From Calditrichia bacterium (GTDB lineage: Bacteria > Calditrichota > Calditrichia > JAJRVZ01): a stretch of 64,000 nt of DNA. The position numbers and the translations under genes were made by a program. The stretch spans positions 288,001 to 352,000 of the forward strand of contig CAWCNS010000011.1 of NCBI GenBank assembly GCA_963796965.1, read 5' to 3'. Below the pieces are notes generated by a model, which worked only from the letters and a program-made list of their open reading frames with translations, was not told where the DNA came from and did no database searches. Below are positions 10,770 through 20,528 of the stretch, in pieces; within the stretch, counting starts at the first letter, position 1; each line of letters begins with the position of its first letter.

Positions 10770-12895
10770 TCCGGGTAGAAGCGGCGGTTGCCCAGCCGCT
10801 CCCCCCACAGATCCGTACGTGAAGATTTCCCTCATACGGTTCCTCAGACATAACTTTGCTACCCACATTAGAATTCTTCAAACATCAAAGTGAACAATTT
10901 TAGGCAATAACAGTGGATATTTCTCCCGCATCTTGTCAAATTTAGCATAAGAAATATAACCATCCTGTGAGCGTCTACCAAGCCATCTTTTCCATGCCTT
11001 CATTAGATATTCATAGTATACTTCAAGAGACTTGTAGTTGCTGCGTATACCATAGTATTGATAGTGGCCTCTCAGCTTTGAGTTAAGAAGCTCCCACTGT
11101 TCCTTGATATTTATATGGCGATTATTCCGGCACCACTTCCATATAGCTTTCATGGAACGATTTAATTTCTTCTTTGCTGTTTTGCGTTTCACTATCCAAT
11201 GTCCATTACGCGATTTTGCCCAGTAATGCGTGAATCCAAGAAAGTCAAAAGTACCTGCACCTTTGAAGATATCATTTCCTGATGATGGTTTTCTGAAATC
11301 GATTAGTTTTGTCTTCTCTGTGTGAATCGTAAGACCGTAACGGTTGAACCGCTTCGGCAGTACTTTCATTACGCGACTGGCATCTTCTTCTGTATCGAAG
11401 CCAATTATAAAATCATCAGCATATCGAATAAGAAAACACCTACCCGTTAAACGTGGCTTGATCATTTCTTCGAACCATTCATCCAAAACATAATGCAGAT
11501 AGATATTGGCCAACAAGGGTGATATGACACCACCCTGCGGTGTACCTGTATCCGGATAAAACAATTCTTTACCATCAAGCACACCAGCGTTGAGCCATTT
11601 TCCTATCAGGCGGATTATTCTGCCGTCGTTGACTCGCGCTCGGATAAATTCACGCAAATGTTCATGGTTAATATTGTCGAAAAATCCTTTAATGTCTGCA
11701 TCGATAATCCAACCTATATTTAGTCTACGGATATTTCCCCGAATCTCTTTGATGGCCTGATGCTGGCTGTGACCTTTTCTGAATCCATGTGAGTGATCAT
11801 AGAAATCTTCTTCATAGATGTGAGAAAGTATCATCTCTGCCGCTTTCTGGACAATCTTGTCTTCAAATTCAGGAATACCTAATGGGCGTTTCTTTCCATC
11901 ATCCTTATCTATCCATTGCCGTTTTACTGGCGGTGCTTTATAGCGCATAACCTTTAATTGCTTATGCAGGAGGATAAGGTTTTCTTCGAGATGCTCTTCA
12001 TAATCCTGCGCCGTTTGCCCAGATACGCCGGGAACTGCATCCTTACGTAGTTGAGTGTAGGCTTCTCTCAGAAGATTGATGTCCATTAGATGGAATATTG
12101 ACGTAAACTGAATTGCTGGATCGCTCTTTGCAAGTTCCGCAATTCGCTTCAGTTTCGGTGATATGGTTGGTAATCCCTGCGTATTTCCCATAGTTCCCCA
12201 AAGTGAAACGTTATGCCCGGCTTCTCCTTCGCTACAGTGGATCGTTTGGGTCTCACTTCTCCACCTTATCAATCCGGAGATATGATTCCAGACCGTCGCT
12301 ACTATGATCCGCTAAGACTGCCATAAGTCCATTTCTGGTCGCTTCGCTTTCGCTATTGCTTCCAGATACCTTGCAGACTCTTTCCTTTGTATTTCCAATA
12401 CTGGACTCAACACCACGGATTAGAGTCAACCGTAGTGTGCCGGGGTTTTACCTTAGATGGAAGGATTCCCTTTACCTTGTTCCTTTTAAAGGAGACAGAT
12501 GGCTCTCTCAAGTTCCCGGATTATCCCTTTGAAAATATGCCCCGCTCGTGATTACAGACCCCGGTGGTGTCTTATAAACTCACCATATCATCTATAAGAC
12601 TGCTGCCTTCTGTGCTGCTCAAAGCCGTCGGCTTTCTCCGCCAGCTGGCGGTTTATCCTAATGACCACAACTATACATATTTCGGGGCTCGGTGACGCGG
12701 CCTTACTTTCTTGATTCCTCCAGCTTCGTACCTCCATTACTGGTTTTGCACGTGGCGTTCACTATTACCCTGCTGGTTAGGCTTTGGGTAAGTGGGACTT
12801 GCACCGGATATGATCAGCACGCACCCACTGGACAATAATGTCGAATTTCATCCCGATTTCGGAAATCCCAACGACCCGGATTTATCTTGACACGA
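10770..12895 (-). mobile_element. Group II intron (probably not class C), intact
   Basis: 5' end TCGTG (variant of GUGYG); D5 GAGGAACCGTATGAGGGAAATCTTCACGTACGGATCTG; D6 ending CTACCCGGA; RT ORF inside; boundaries fixed to within 1 nt by attC reconstitution. Confidence 0.9.
10878..12191 (-). CDS. ltrA: Group II intron reverse transcriptase/maturase, no endonuclease domain
   Basis: RPLGIP, DADIKGFFDNI, GTPQGGVISPLLANIYL, RYADD, FDFLGFTH, X domain LRGHYQYY. Probable start ATG 12191; the ORF track extends to 12272. Confidence 0.95.
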   Translation of the reverse strand: MGNTQGLPTISPKLKRIAELAKSDPAIQFTSIFHLMDINLLREAYTQLRKDAVPGVSGQTAQDYEEHLEENLILLHKQLKVMRYKAPPVKRQWIDKDDGKKRPLGIPEFEDKIVQKAAEMILSHIYEEDFYDHSHGFRKGHSQHQAIKEIRGNIRRLNIGWIIDADIKGFFDNINHEHLREFIRARVNDGRIIRLIGKWLNAGVLDGKELFYPDTGTPQGGVISPLLANIYLHYVLDEWFEEMIKPRLTGRCFLIRYADDFIIGFDTEEDASRVMKVLPKRFNRYGLTIHTEKTKLIDFRKPSSGNDIFKGAGTFDFLGFTHYWAKSRNGHWIVKRKTAKKKLNRSMKAIWKWCRNNRHINIKEQWELLNSKLRGHYQYYGIRSNYKSLEVYYEYLMKAWKRWLGRRSQDGYISYAKFDKMREKYPLLLPKIVHFDV

Positions 12896-12921
12896 TAAGC
12901 ACATGGTTAGAAGCACAAAAA

Positions 12922-13203
12922 TTATGCGGGTTTCTTTAGCTCGGCATCTATTTTTTCTTTAAGGATTATCTTTATAAAAGACTGATAGGGAACATCATGC
13001 TTATTGGCAATAGTACGAATCTCATCAAGCATGGATTCAGGTAGTCGAAGCGATATCGTTTTTGTAGAGGGTTTTAATTTTGGAAAGGTCATTACTTCCG
13101 AATCTGACCATTTTATGTATTCAGTAGAATCAGCTTTTTCCCAAAATTTTCGTTCTTCGTCTTCAGTTTTAAATTTTGGAATTTTTTTAAGATTTTTCTT
13201 CAT
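12922..13203 (-). CDS. BrnA/CopG-type antitoxin (cassette)
   Basis: IPKFKTEDEERKFW ... TISLRLP ... VPYQSFIK. Confidence 0.88.
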   Translation of the reverse strand: MKKNLKKIPKFKTEDEERKFWEKADSTEYIKWSDSEVMTFPKLKPSTKTISLRLPESMLDEIRTIANKHDVPYQSFIKIILKEKIDAELKKPA

Positions 13204-13486
13204 ATATTTTTCTCTCTTTTCGATTCATATCTCTGGCAGAGATAACTCTTAGCAGATTGTCTCTAATTGTGAAGGATATAAACAGATAGCGTTCTGATTT
13301 TGATTTACCTAAAGCATAATATCTTTTTTCAACTTTTGAGTGTTTTTCATCATCGCTTACGACTATCGGTAAATTGAAGAATATTTCTTCACATTCTAAC
13401 CTTGTGACCTGGTGTTTTATCCAATTTTTCTGCGAGTTTCCCTCATCCCAGAGGAATCCCTCACACTCTTTGATTAATTTGTTCAT
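13187..13486 (-). CDS. BrnT family toxin (cassette)
   Basis: FLWDEGNSQKNWIKHQV ... EKRYYALG ... RVISARDMNRKE. Confidence 0.9.
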   Translation of the reverse strand: MNKLIKECEGFLWDEGNSQKNWIKHQVTRLECEEIFFNLPIVVSDDEKHSKVEKRYYALGKSKSERYLFISFTIRDNLLRVISARDMNRKERKIYEEKS

Positions 13487-13556
13487 ATTATTTGTATATT
13501 ACTAACATATACATGTAATGTCAATATTATGCTCCACTTTTGATCAATCCCTGTGC

Positions 13557-13576
13557 TTCTAACATTTGATTAGGCG
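13557..13576 (-). mobile_element. attI-like site at the head of cassette array 1
   Basis: CGCCTAATCAAAT-GTTAGAAGCAC resembles the attI1 simple site (GCCCTAAAACAAAGTT). GTTAGAAGCAC is complementary to the first cassette's R'' GTGCTTCTAAC. Confidence 0.55.
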
Positions 13577-13639
13577 GAGGCTGATTCAGCGCTATGTAAA
13601 AGAAGATCCATTGGTTAATCACATTCAACGGCCAACTAT

Positions 13640-14863
13640 CTATTGCTTATTTATGAGTGTTTCCGCTTCAGAAAGCACCCGTAAAAAATTTCCTGACCAA
13701 ATTTTACCAATCTTTTCTTCACTATATCCACGACGAACCAGCTCCAGTGTAATATTACCCATTTGACTCACATCCTGGCAATCAGCTAATGCGCCGCCAC
13801 CGTCAAAATCACTGCCAATACCGACATGATCGATCCCGGCAACCTTTACAACATGATCAATATGGTCTACCAGGTCACTAACCGTCGCCAGTTTGGCCGG
13901 ATATTCCTGGTTGACCTCCTCCCATCGTACCCACAGGTGCTGGCGTTCCTCCTCACTCATTTTGCTGTAGCGTCGGTATTCCCCTCTCAATTCTTTCGTC
14001 ATGGCCACCCGCTGCGAGTCCTGTTCAATTTTCCTTAGATAATCACTCATCAAACAAATTTGAATCACGCCGTTCTTATCTGCCAATTGTGTGAGCAGCT
14101 TATCATTCAGGTTACGCGGATTGTCACATAATGCCCGGGCACAGGAATGGGAGGCGATTACCGGAGCTTTGGACAGATTCAGAACATCTTCAGCGGCATC
14201 ATCCGAAATATGAGATATATCGATCAGCATTCCTAGACGGTTCATCTCTGCAACAACCTGTTCGCCAAATTCGCTTAAACCGCCGTGTTCCGGTCCATCA
14301 TCATCGGTTGACGAATCACAGATATCATTATTGCTGGTATGACAGAGGGTGATATAGCGTGCCCCCAGATCATAGTACATTTTAATCAGCGAAAGATCCT
14401 GACCCACCGGGTAGCCATTTTCCATACCGAGGTAAATGGCCAGTTTTCCCGCTTTTTTCAAAATCTTGGCATCGGCAGCAGTTAAAGCAATTCCGGCCTG
14501 ATCAGGATATTTTTTCATTGCCAGATTGATATGATCAAAAATAGAAAGTGCTTTTTCTTTGACTTTTTGGTTGGTTTCAGGATCGCGGGATCCCTGACCG
14601 GTGAAAACCGCAAAAAAAGCAGCATCCAGCCCACCCTCTTTCATCCTTGGAAAATCCAGTCGACCGCCACGCCGGCTATAATCGTGGCGGATTCCTATAT
14701 CAAATTCTCCCCGTATCAGGCGCAGCGGCGTGTCTGTGTGCGAATCGAGAGAAATTACATTTGAATGTATCCGAGCTGCTTTTTGCTCTAAGGTTTCATC
14801 GTTAGCACAAGAAAAAATAAATAATACAACAAAGATAAGGATAAGAGCAGAACTTGATTTCAT
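13640..14863 (-). CDS. Membrane dipeptidase (peptidase M19), probable lipoprotein
   Basis: DSHTD, GMENG, DISHIS, SHS, HIDHVVKVAGIDHVGIGSDFDG; FSC lipobox after the likely start MKSSS (14863). Confidence 0.92.
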   Translation of the reverse strand: MKSSSALILIFVVLFIFSCANDETLEQKAARIHSNVISLDSHTDTPLRLIRGEFDIGIRHDYSRRGGRLDFPRMKEGGLDAAFFAVFTGQGSRDPETNQKVKEKALSIFDHINLAMKKYPDQAGIALTAADAKILKKAGKLAIYLGMENGYPVGQDLSLIKMYYDLGARYITLCHTSNNDICDSSTDDDGPEHGGLSEFGEQVVAEMNRLGMLIDISHISDDAAEDVLNLSKAPVIASHSCARALCDNPRNLNDKLLTQLADKNGVIQICLMSDYLRKIEQDSQRVAMTKELRGEYRRYSKMSEEERQHLWVRWEEVNQEYPAKLATVSDLVDHIDHVVKVAGIDHVGIGSDFDGGGALADCQDVSQMGNITLELVRRGYSEEKIGKIWSGNFLRVLSEAETLINKQ

Positions 14864-15289
14864 ATCAACTCCATTTTCTGGAAGAACTATAATGTGATAT
14901 ATCAAATTAATGGCCAGAGCCGCATATCGAATATATAATGCACGATGATCCGGTGAATTCAATTAACTCACAGGATTTTACTTAAAGATTGAATAGGACT
15001 CAAATAATTGTGTGAAGAATTTTTAATGCAATTGGGGGATAAAATTGAGCATAATCTCACTCAGTGTTCCCTATGATAGAATATCCTCGGCGGATATATC
15101 ACAATAGGTACCAATCAAAAAGGAGGATGGAATAAGGATTTATTATTGGTGATTCGTTTGCAGGTAACTTACCATTTGCTAAAGAACTCAATGCACGATC
15201 GTGCTTATATCAAAGTTTCGACTTCATAACCGTGAAAAAATGATCCCAATTCGTTCAGACTTTTCTAAATATAGAATAGAATAATGCGA

Positions 15290-15400
15290 ATTCCAACCGG
15301 CAATCTAAGCCATGAGTCGGGGGACAACACCCGTGCCAAGAAAAATCATTACAACAAGAAATAAGTTTGTGGGCTGGCACTAACCTCCATCTTAGCAATA
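15290..15400 (-). mobile_element. Degenerate attC-like site downstream of fic
   Basis: Minus strand TATTGCTAAG (complementary to the cassette start GTTAGCAATA at 17047) ... GCTTAGATTGCCG-GTTGGAA. Confidence 0.4.
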
Positions 15401-15435
15401 GCCTTTTACTATATATTTTGCAATTAATCATTTTA

Positions 15436-16260
15436 TTATCTTCGCGTGCCTTCCTGCTCGACAATTCTAAAGAAACCTGAGATTCGCTCCAAGGTTTCCA
15501 GATAACTATATTCTAAAAAATCACTAAGGGGTTTCGCATTGAGGAGACTACACTCCTCGAGCGAATCCAGGTAATAGTCTTTGTAATCCGTCATAATTAC
15601 GTCATAATAAAAACCATGAACCAACATTACATAGTCCCCTAAGGCCCGGGCAATTCGACCATTTCCATCATCAAAGGGATGGACGTGAGCAACAAGGTAA
15701 TGCGCCTGGGCAGAAATCTCTAGGATTTTGAAGAAATTATCTGCTGAGACCGATTGGTATGAGAATAGACGCTCATTAATGGCTGCAAATTGTTGGTGCA
15801 AAAGCTGTGATATCTGCGAAAAATGCGGAGGTTTATGACTTACAAGGTGAATATTCACCTCGGATTGACGAAATTGACCAGCGCCTTCTGTCCAACTCTT
15901 ATCAAATACCATGCGATGCATCTCAAGAAGCATTGATATAGAAATCTCTGTACCCTGCACTGCCTCCGACTCAAGCCACTTCAGCATGGAATCCTGACCT
16001 CTGAGTTCAACCGAAGCCTTCTCATACTCAGTAGAAATGTGCGATTTTTCCACTATTCCTGCATCGTGGAGCAGGACTTGTAAAAATATGCGGTCAACCC
16101 TTTTATCTTCGATAGCATTTGAATGGATTGCCTTAAGACATCTGAGGGCAGTCATCGCCTCTTCCCGTGCCAAAGGATACTGTTTGCCAAGCCTCTTTAG
16201 TTGCATAAACATTTCTAACAGGTGTTTCTTCTCGGATTGAGATAAAATAACTAATGTCAT
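15436..16260 (-). CDS. Fic domain protein
   Basis: HPFDDGNGRIAR Fic motif; SNAIE motif near the N-terminus. Confidence 0.92.
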   Translation of the reverse strand: MTLVILSQSEKKHLLEMFMQLKRLGKQYPLAREEAMTALRCLKAIHSNAIEDKRVDRIFLQVLLHDAGIVEKSHISTEYEKASVELRGQDSMLKWLESEAVQGTEISISMLLEMHRMVFDKSWTEGAGQFRQSEVNIHLVSHKPPHFSQISQLLHQQFAAINERLFSYQSVSADNFFKILEISAQAHYLVAHVHPFDDGNGRIARALGDYVMLVHGFYYDVIMTDYKDYYLDSLEECSLLNAKPLSDFLEYSYLETLERISGFFRIVEQEGTRR

Positions 16261-16410
16261 ATCTAGATATCTTTTTGGGGGTAGAATCTTATCATCATCA
16301 TTTGTAAAACGAGTATAGTTATTTAAAAACTTAAAAAGTTACTATCATTTTCATTATTAGAAGTATGCAGGGCACACAAATTATACCCAACCCAATAATT
16401 TTAGATGGAT

Positions 16411-16728
16411 CTATGGTAGAAACATTTCTTGCGAAAGATTGAGAATTTTTTCAGATGTGGAATTATCTATTTTACCAAGTCGCTTGACTAATCGAAATTT
16501 ATCAACAGTTCTTATTTGATCCAGGATTATTTGTCCTTGTTTGCCCTGAAATTTACAAGAAATTCTCGTTGGATAGTCTCTACCCTTCGTTGTCATTGGG
16601 GCTATGATAACACTGGAAATATGATCATTCATTTCATTAGGTGAGATGATGGTTGCCGGTCTCGTTTTTTTGATTTCTCTACCTTTAGTAGGATCCAAAT
16701 TGACAAGATAGACATCAAATCTTTTCAT
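16411..16728 (-). CDS. mazF: PemK/MazF toxin
   Basis: LVNLDPTKGREIKKTRP, APMTT, DQIRTVDK. Confidence 0.92.
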   Translation of the reverse strand: MKRFDVYLVNLDPTKGREIKKTRPATIISPNEMNDHISSVIIAPMTTKGRDYPTRISCKFQGKQGQIILDQIRTVDKFRLVKRLGKIDNSTSEKILNLSQEMFLP

Positions 16729-16734
16729 ATAATC

Positions 16735-16995
16735 TTACCATTCCCATTCGTCTTCTTCAAAGGCGGTCTGACTAGGAAGATATTCTTCATCAACTAGCTG
16801 ATCATCCTCAAATTCAGCCATTTTGCGGAATGAGCTATTCCACCCTTTTCTGACCGACTTTTTAGATGGGCGCAAGATTATCCGATCATCTTCAACTTCA
16901 AGATTTACTTCATCATCAATGCCAGTTTGATGCAGTAAAACTTTTGGTATACGAATACCTTTTGAATTACCTATTTTTACAATTTTTACTTTCAT
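16735..16995 (-). CDS. mazE: AbrB/MazE antitoxin
   Basis: KIVKIGNSKGIRIPK; acidic EWEW tail. Confidence 0.92.
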   Translation of the reverse strand: MKVKIVKIGNSKGIRIPKVLLHQTGIDDEVNLEVEDDRIILRPSKKSVRKGWNSSFRKMAEFEDDQLVDEEYLPSQTAFEEDEWEW

Positions 16996-17040
16996 ATCTC
17001 AAATGTAATTACAATATACCTACAACGCAATTAAAATTAT

Positions 17041-17092
17041 TGCTAACGGTCACTGCTAACCTCGTTCTACGAGGTGGAGCAGTTGGTCAGAT
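17041..17092 (-). mobile_element. Short attC site (same family as 8787 and 10696)
   Basis: Shares TAACGGTCACTGCTAAC; minus strand ATCTGAC-CAACT-GCTCCAC-CTCGTAGAACGAG-GTTAGCAGTGACC-GTTAGCA. Confidence 0.8.
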
Positions 17093-17097
17093 GCCTG

Positions 17098-17316
17098 TTA
17101 TCTTCTTCTAGTTTCTTTAAGAACATCAATGATTTCTTGGGAACTCAAATCAATATTAACTCCCCTTACATTTAATGGAGATTCAACTCTTGGTAATGGA
17201 GATAAGACAAAGGAAGATCCATCTCTCTTTTTTATCAAGACTTTTCCTTCCTTCTTTGCTTTGTCTAATACTGCCGAAAAATTTTGTCTTGCTTCTGAAT
17301 ATGTATATGTTGTCAT
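17098..17316 (-). CDS. Phd/YefM antitoxin (cassette)
   Basis: TYSEARQNFSAVLDKA. Confidence 0.88.
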   Translation of the reverse strand: MTTYTYSEARQNFSAVLDKAKKEGKVLIKKRDGSSFVLSPLPRVESPLNVRGVNIDLSSQEIIDVLKETRRR

Positions 17317-17318
17317 AT

Positions 17319-17726
17319 TTACACCTCAATTACTTTTAGGCCTTCGATTTTTGCTACTTTAATTAAATTTTTGTCCAGTGATAATAATGGAGCATTTAAT
17401 TCTTTAGCAGCAGCAATAAAATAGGCATCATAAGCATATATTTTATGTTTTAGAGAGATATCCAATACACTTTCCAAATCCAAATCAGAAAATCTGATTG
17501 GTATTTCAGTATAGTAGCTCAAGGCAACTTTTGCTTGTTTTAGAGTCAACTTATTCCGTTTGAACATCGCTGAGAATGCATTACCAATTTCCCAATGCAG
17601 GGACGCTGGAGCGAAAAGATTTACTCCGGTAGTTAATTCTATAATTTTTTTCTTATTTTTTTCATTTGTTATAACAGCAATAATAATTGATGTGTCAACT
17701 ATGATATTCAATTCAAATTCTCCCAT
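17319..17726 (-). CDS. PIN/VapC toxin (cassette; toxin-first order)
   Basis: IVDTSIIIA, WEIGNA, YAYDAYF, LLSLD; cassette start GTTAGAATGCC at 17794. Confidence 0.88.
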   Translation of the reverse strand: MGEFELNIIVDTSIIIAVITNEKNKKKIIELTTGVNLFAPASLHWEIGNAFSAMFKRNKLTLKQAKVALSYYTEIPIRFSDLDLESVLDISLKHKIYAYDAYFIAAAKELNAPLLSLDKNLIKVAKIEGLKVIEV

Positions 17727-18092
17727 ATGTACAATTGTACAAATAATATAAAGAAATGTTTCATCGCAGGCAAATTTATGACGGGCATTCTAACCTTATA
17801 AATAAGAGAAAAGAATTTCCCTCCACATTTTGATTCTGTAGAAACCCTTGGTATATTTGTAGGCTTCATGAAGTAGTGACTGTTTGGAAACAAAACGACA
17901 AATCAAGAAATTAAAAGATAGCATTTTTGCTAAAAAATCATTTTGGAAAATGACCCTTCCAGATTTTATATTAACTTTTTGCCAGTCTTAAATCCCTTCA
18001 CTGATTCGTATCATTGCAGAGCAATTCAGACATATCGAAGTAAAACCCGATATAATTCGGGATATGTAACATTTTATTAATACAGGATTTAT

Positions 18093-19763
18093 ATGAATTT
18101 ATTTAAAGAAATTGGTGTCGATCAAAAAATAATTGAGGCCATTGCCAAATTAGGTTTTGAAGAGCCCCTGCCAATCCAAAAAGAAGTACTTCCGCTACTA
18201 TTAGAGGATTCTCATCCGGATATCATTGCCCAGGCGCAAACGGGAACCGGTAAAACTGCTGCTTTTGGCATTCCGGTGGTTCAAAAATCTGACGTATCTA
18301 CAAAAAATACGCAATATTTAATTCTCAGCCCTACGCGTGAATTATGTATGCAAATCACAAATGATATATCAGACTTTGCATCAAATCATCCGAAAGTTAA
18401 GATTGTCGCTGTATTTGGTGGTGCAGATATTGAGAAACAGATAAGAAAAATAAAAAAGGGTGTTCATATTATCTCAGCGACGCCCGGTAGATTGTTGGAT
18501 CTCATCAACAGGGGTGTCGTTGATATTTCATCCGTAAAGACAGTCATATTGGATGAGGCAGATGAGATGTTAAATATGGGCTTCCGCCCGGACTTGGAGG
18601 CCATATTAGTTAAAACACCCAAACAAAAGAATATTCTCCTTTTTTCCGCCACCATGTCCAGGGAAGTTCGCACCATCGCCAATCGTTATATGCACAAACC
18701 AGTCGAAATCTCCGTCGGCAAACCCAATGCGGGTGCGACGAATATTGAACATATTGCCTATACCGTTCAAAATAAAGATAAGGACAATGTCCTGAGGCGA
18801 ATCCTGGACGTTTCCAGCGATATTTATGGTATAATATTTTGTAAAACACGAAAAGAAACCAGAAGAATAGCTGACCTTTTAATGCAGGAGGGTTATCCGG
18901 CGGACGCTTTAAATGGCGATTTATCTCAGGCCCAACGCGATCAGGTTATGAAAAAGTTTCGCACTAAAACCATCAATCTTCTTGTCGCTACAGATGTGGC
19001 AGCACGTGGCCTGGATGTTGATGATCTCACCCATATTATAAATTACACGCTTCCGGATGATAGCGAGGTCTATGTTCATCGCAGTGGTCGAACCGGTCGT
19101 ATTGGAAAATCGGGGATCTCCATCGTCCTGGCAAATCATAAAGAGCTCAAACAGTTGCCACGGGTGGAAAGACAGTTGAAGAAAAAGTTTGCCTTCGAAG
19201 ACATCCCCTCTCTTGAGGATGTGTCTGCACTCAAGATTCAATCCTTTGTAGACAGATTAATGAAAGTGGACGTCCACCCTGAACAGATGGCTACCATTCT
19301 TCCAGATGTCTATAAAAAGTTAGAGCAACTTAGCCGGGAAGAGATAATCGAAAAATTTGTTGCTCTGGAATTTAAATCATTAATTTTACGGGCAGATCAA
19401 ATATCTGAACCGGACTCAGCACATAAAACCAGAAGGCCGAGTAAAATTAAAATCCAGAGAAAAAACTTTACACGGTTTTTTATAAATCTGGGTAAGACGC
19501 ATCAGTTAAAACCAGCGATCCTCATTGGAATGATTAATGATTTCACAAAGATCAGAGGGATTAATATTGGTGAGATTGAAATTCTAAATAATTTCTCATT
19601 TTTTGAAACAGAGAATACCTATGCAACCCATATTCTTGATTCATTTCGGGGTAAAACGCTAAAAAAGCGCGCCATCATTGTTGAAAGAGCGGAAGCAAAA
19701 ACAGCAGAGAAAAAGCCCAGAGCAATAAAAGTGAAAAGAAGAAAAAAAGAATCCACGATTTAA
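18093..19763 (+). CDS. DEAD-box RNA helicase with C-terminal DbpA-type RNA-binding domain (DeaD/CsdA-like)
   Basis: AQTGTGKT, PTREL, DEAD, SAT, ARGLD, HRSGRTGR; FFINLGK C-terminal domain. Confidence 0.95.
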   Translation: MNLFKEIGVDQKIIEAIAKLGFEEPLPIQKEVLPLLLEDSHPDIIAQAQTGTGKTAAFGIPVVQKSDVSTKNTQYLILSPTRELCMQITNDISDFASNHPKVKIVAVFGGADIEKQIRKIKKGVHIISATPGRLLDLINRGVVDISSVKTVILDEADEMLNMGFRPDLEAILVKTPKQKNILLFSATMSREVRTIANRYMHKPVEISVGKPNAGATNIEHIAYTVQNKDKDNVLRRILDVSSDIYGIIFCKTRKETRRIADLLMQEGYPADALNGDLSQAQRDQVMKKFRTKTINLLVATDVAARGLDVDDLTHIINYTLPDDSEVYVHRSGRTGRIGKSGISIVLANHKELKQLPRVERQLKKKFAFEDIPSLEDVSALKIQSFVDRLMKVDVHPEQMATILPDVYKKLEQLSREEIIEKFVALEFKSLILRADQISEPDSAHKTRRPSKIKIQRKNFTRFFINLGKTHQLKPAILIGMINDFTKIRGINIGEIEILNNFSFFETENTYATHILDSFRGKTLKKRAIIVERAEAKTAEKKPRAIKVKRRKKESTI

Positions 19764-19892
19764 TCCACGAATTAATCCACGGATTACACGAATTTTGATA
19801 AATGAAAGTAGAAAAGCCGTAAGCAGAAAGCAGTGAACTTCTGCTTGGCATTTCTTTTATTTAATTCATCTAAATTCGTGAAATTCGTTCTT

Positions 19893-20330
19893 CTAATTCG
19901 TGTAATTCGTGGACAAAAAACGATCACGCAAACCCCCTCTCGGCACCATACAAGAATCCTTCCTTCCGAACCAACGGTATCTATTTTCTGCCACCCAATC
20001 GTAGATTTTATCACGAATTCTAAGGGGAATGATTATACCCATGTAAAGAAGAGGCCATGGGAATTTTAACAAATTTACAATTTCTAAAAATGCCGTGGAT
20101 TTGAAGTAAGCCTGGCCATCTTTGATCAACACAATCGTATCAAACTGGTCTGTGGGCATATCCAACCAATTGAGAATTTCTCCGCTTACATCATCCTGAA
20201 TCCAGGCAAATTTAAATATCCCTCTTTTGTCATGTTTATAAACAAATTGCAGAAATCCCGAACAGAGATTGCAGACACCATCAAAGAGGATGAGGTGGGG
20301 ATGTGCGTTGATTATCTGGGGATTCTTCAT
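19893..20330 (-). CDS. DCC1-like thiol-disulfide oxidoreductase (DUF393)
   Basis: LFDGVCNLC, RDKIYDWVAENRYRWFG. Confidence 0.9.
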   Translation of the reverse strand: MKNPQIINAHPHLILFDGVCNLCSGFLQFVYKHDKRGIFKFAWIQDDVSGEILNWLDMPTDQFDTIVLIKDGQAYFKSTAFLEIVNLLKFPWPLLYMGIIIPLRIRDKIYDWVAENRYRWFGRKDSCMVPRGGLRDRFLSTNYTN

Positions 20331-20347
20331 AGTATGTTAAATTGCGA

Positions 20348-20526
20348 TAGCACACGGATGACACGGATTTATATTTAAGATAAAGCAAATCCATTTATGA
20401 TGTCATCCCGAATTTATTTCGGGATCTCATACAATTACACTAAAGATGCTGAAACAAGTTCAGCATGACGTAGGATACTTAATATAATCCGTGAATATCC
20501 GTATAATCCGTGTCATCCGTGTGCTA
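20348..20526. mobile_element. Family A miniature inverted-repeat element with a nested REP-like pair (20402-20469)
   Basis: TAGCACACGGATGACACGGAT ... ATCCGTGTCATCCGTGTGCTA perfect terminal IR. Confidence 0.85.
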
Positions 20527-20528
20527 TG

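Larger units (their letters stand above)
10696..12912 (-). mobile_element. attC site split by a group II intron
   Basis: Removing 10770-12895 gives minus-strand TTCTAAC-CATGT-GCTTA|ACAGGACGC ... GTTAGCAGTGACC-GTTATGC. Confidence 0.85.

Noticed and set aside
10878..12272. Retron, DGR or defence RT
   Set aside because: YADD plus X domain and flanking D5/D6 structure identify a group II intron maturase.
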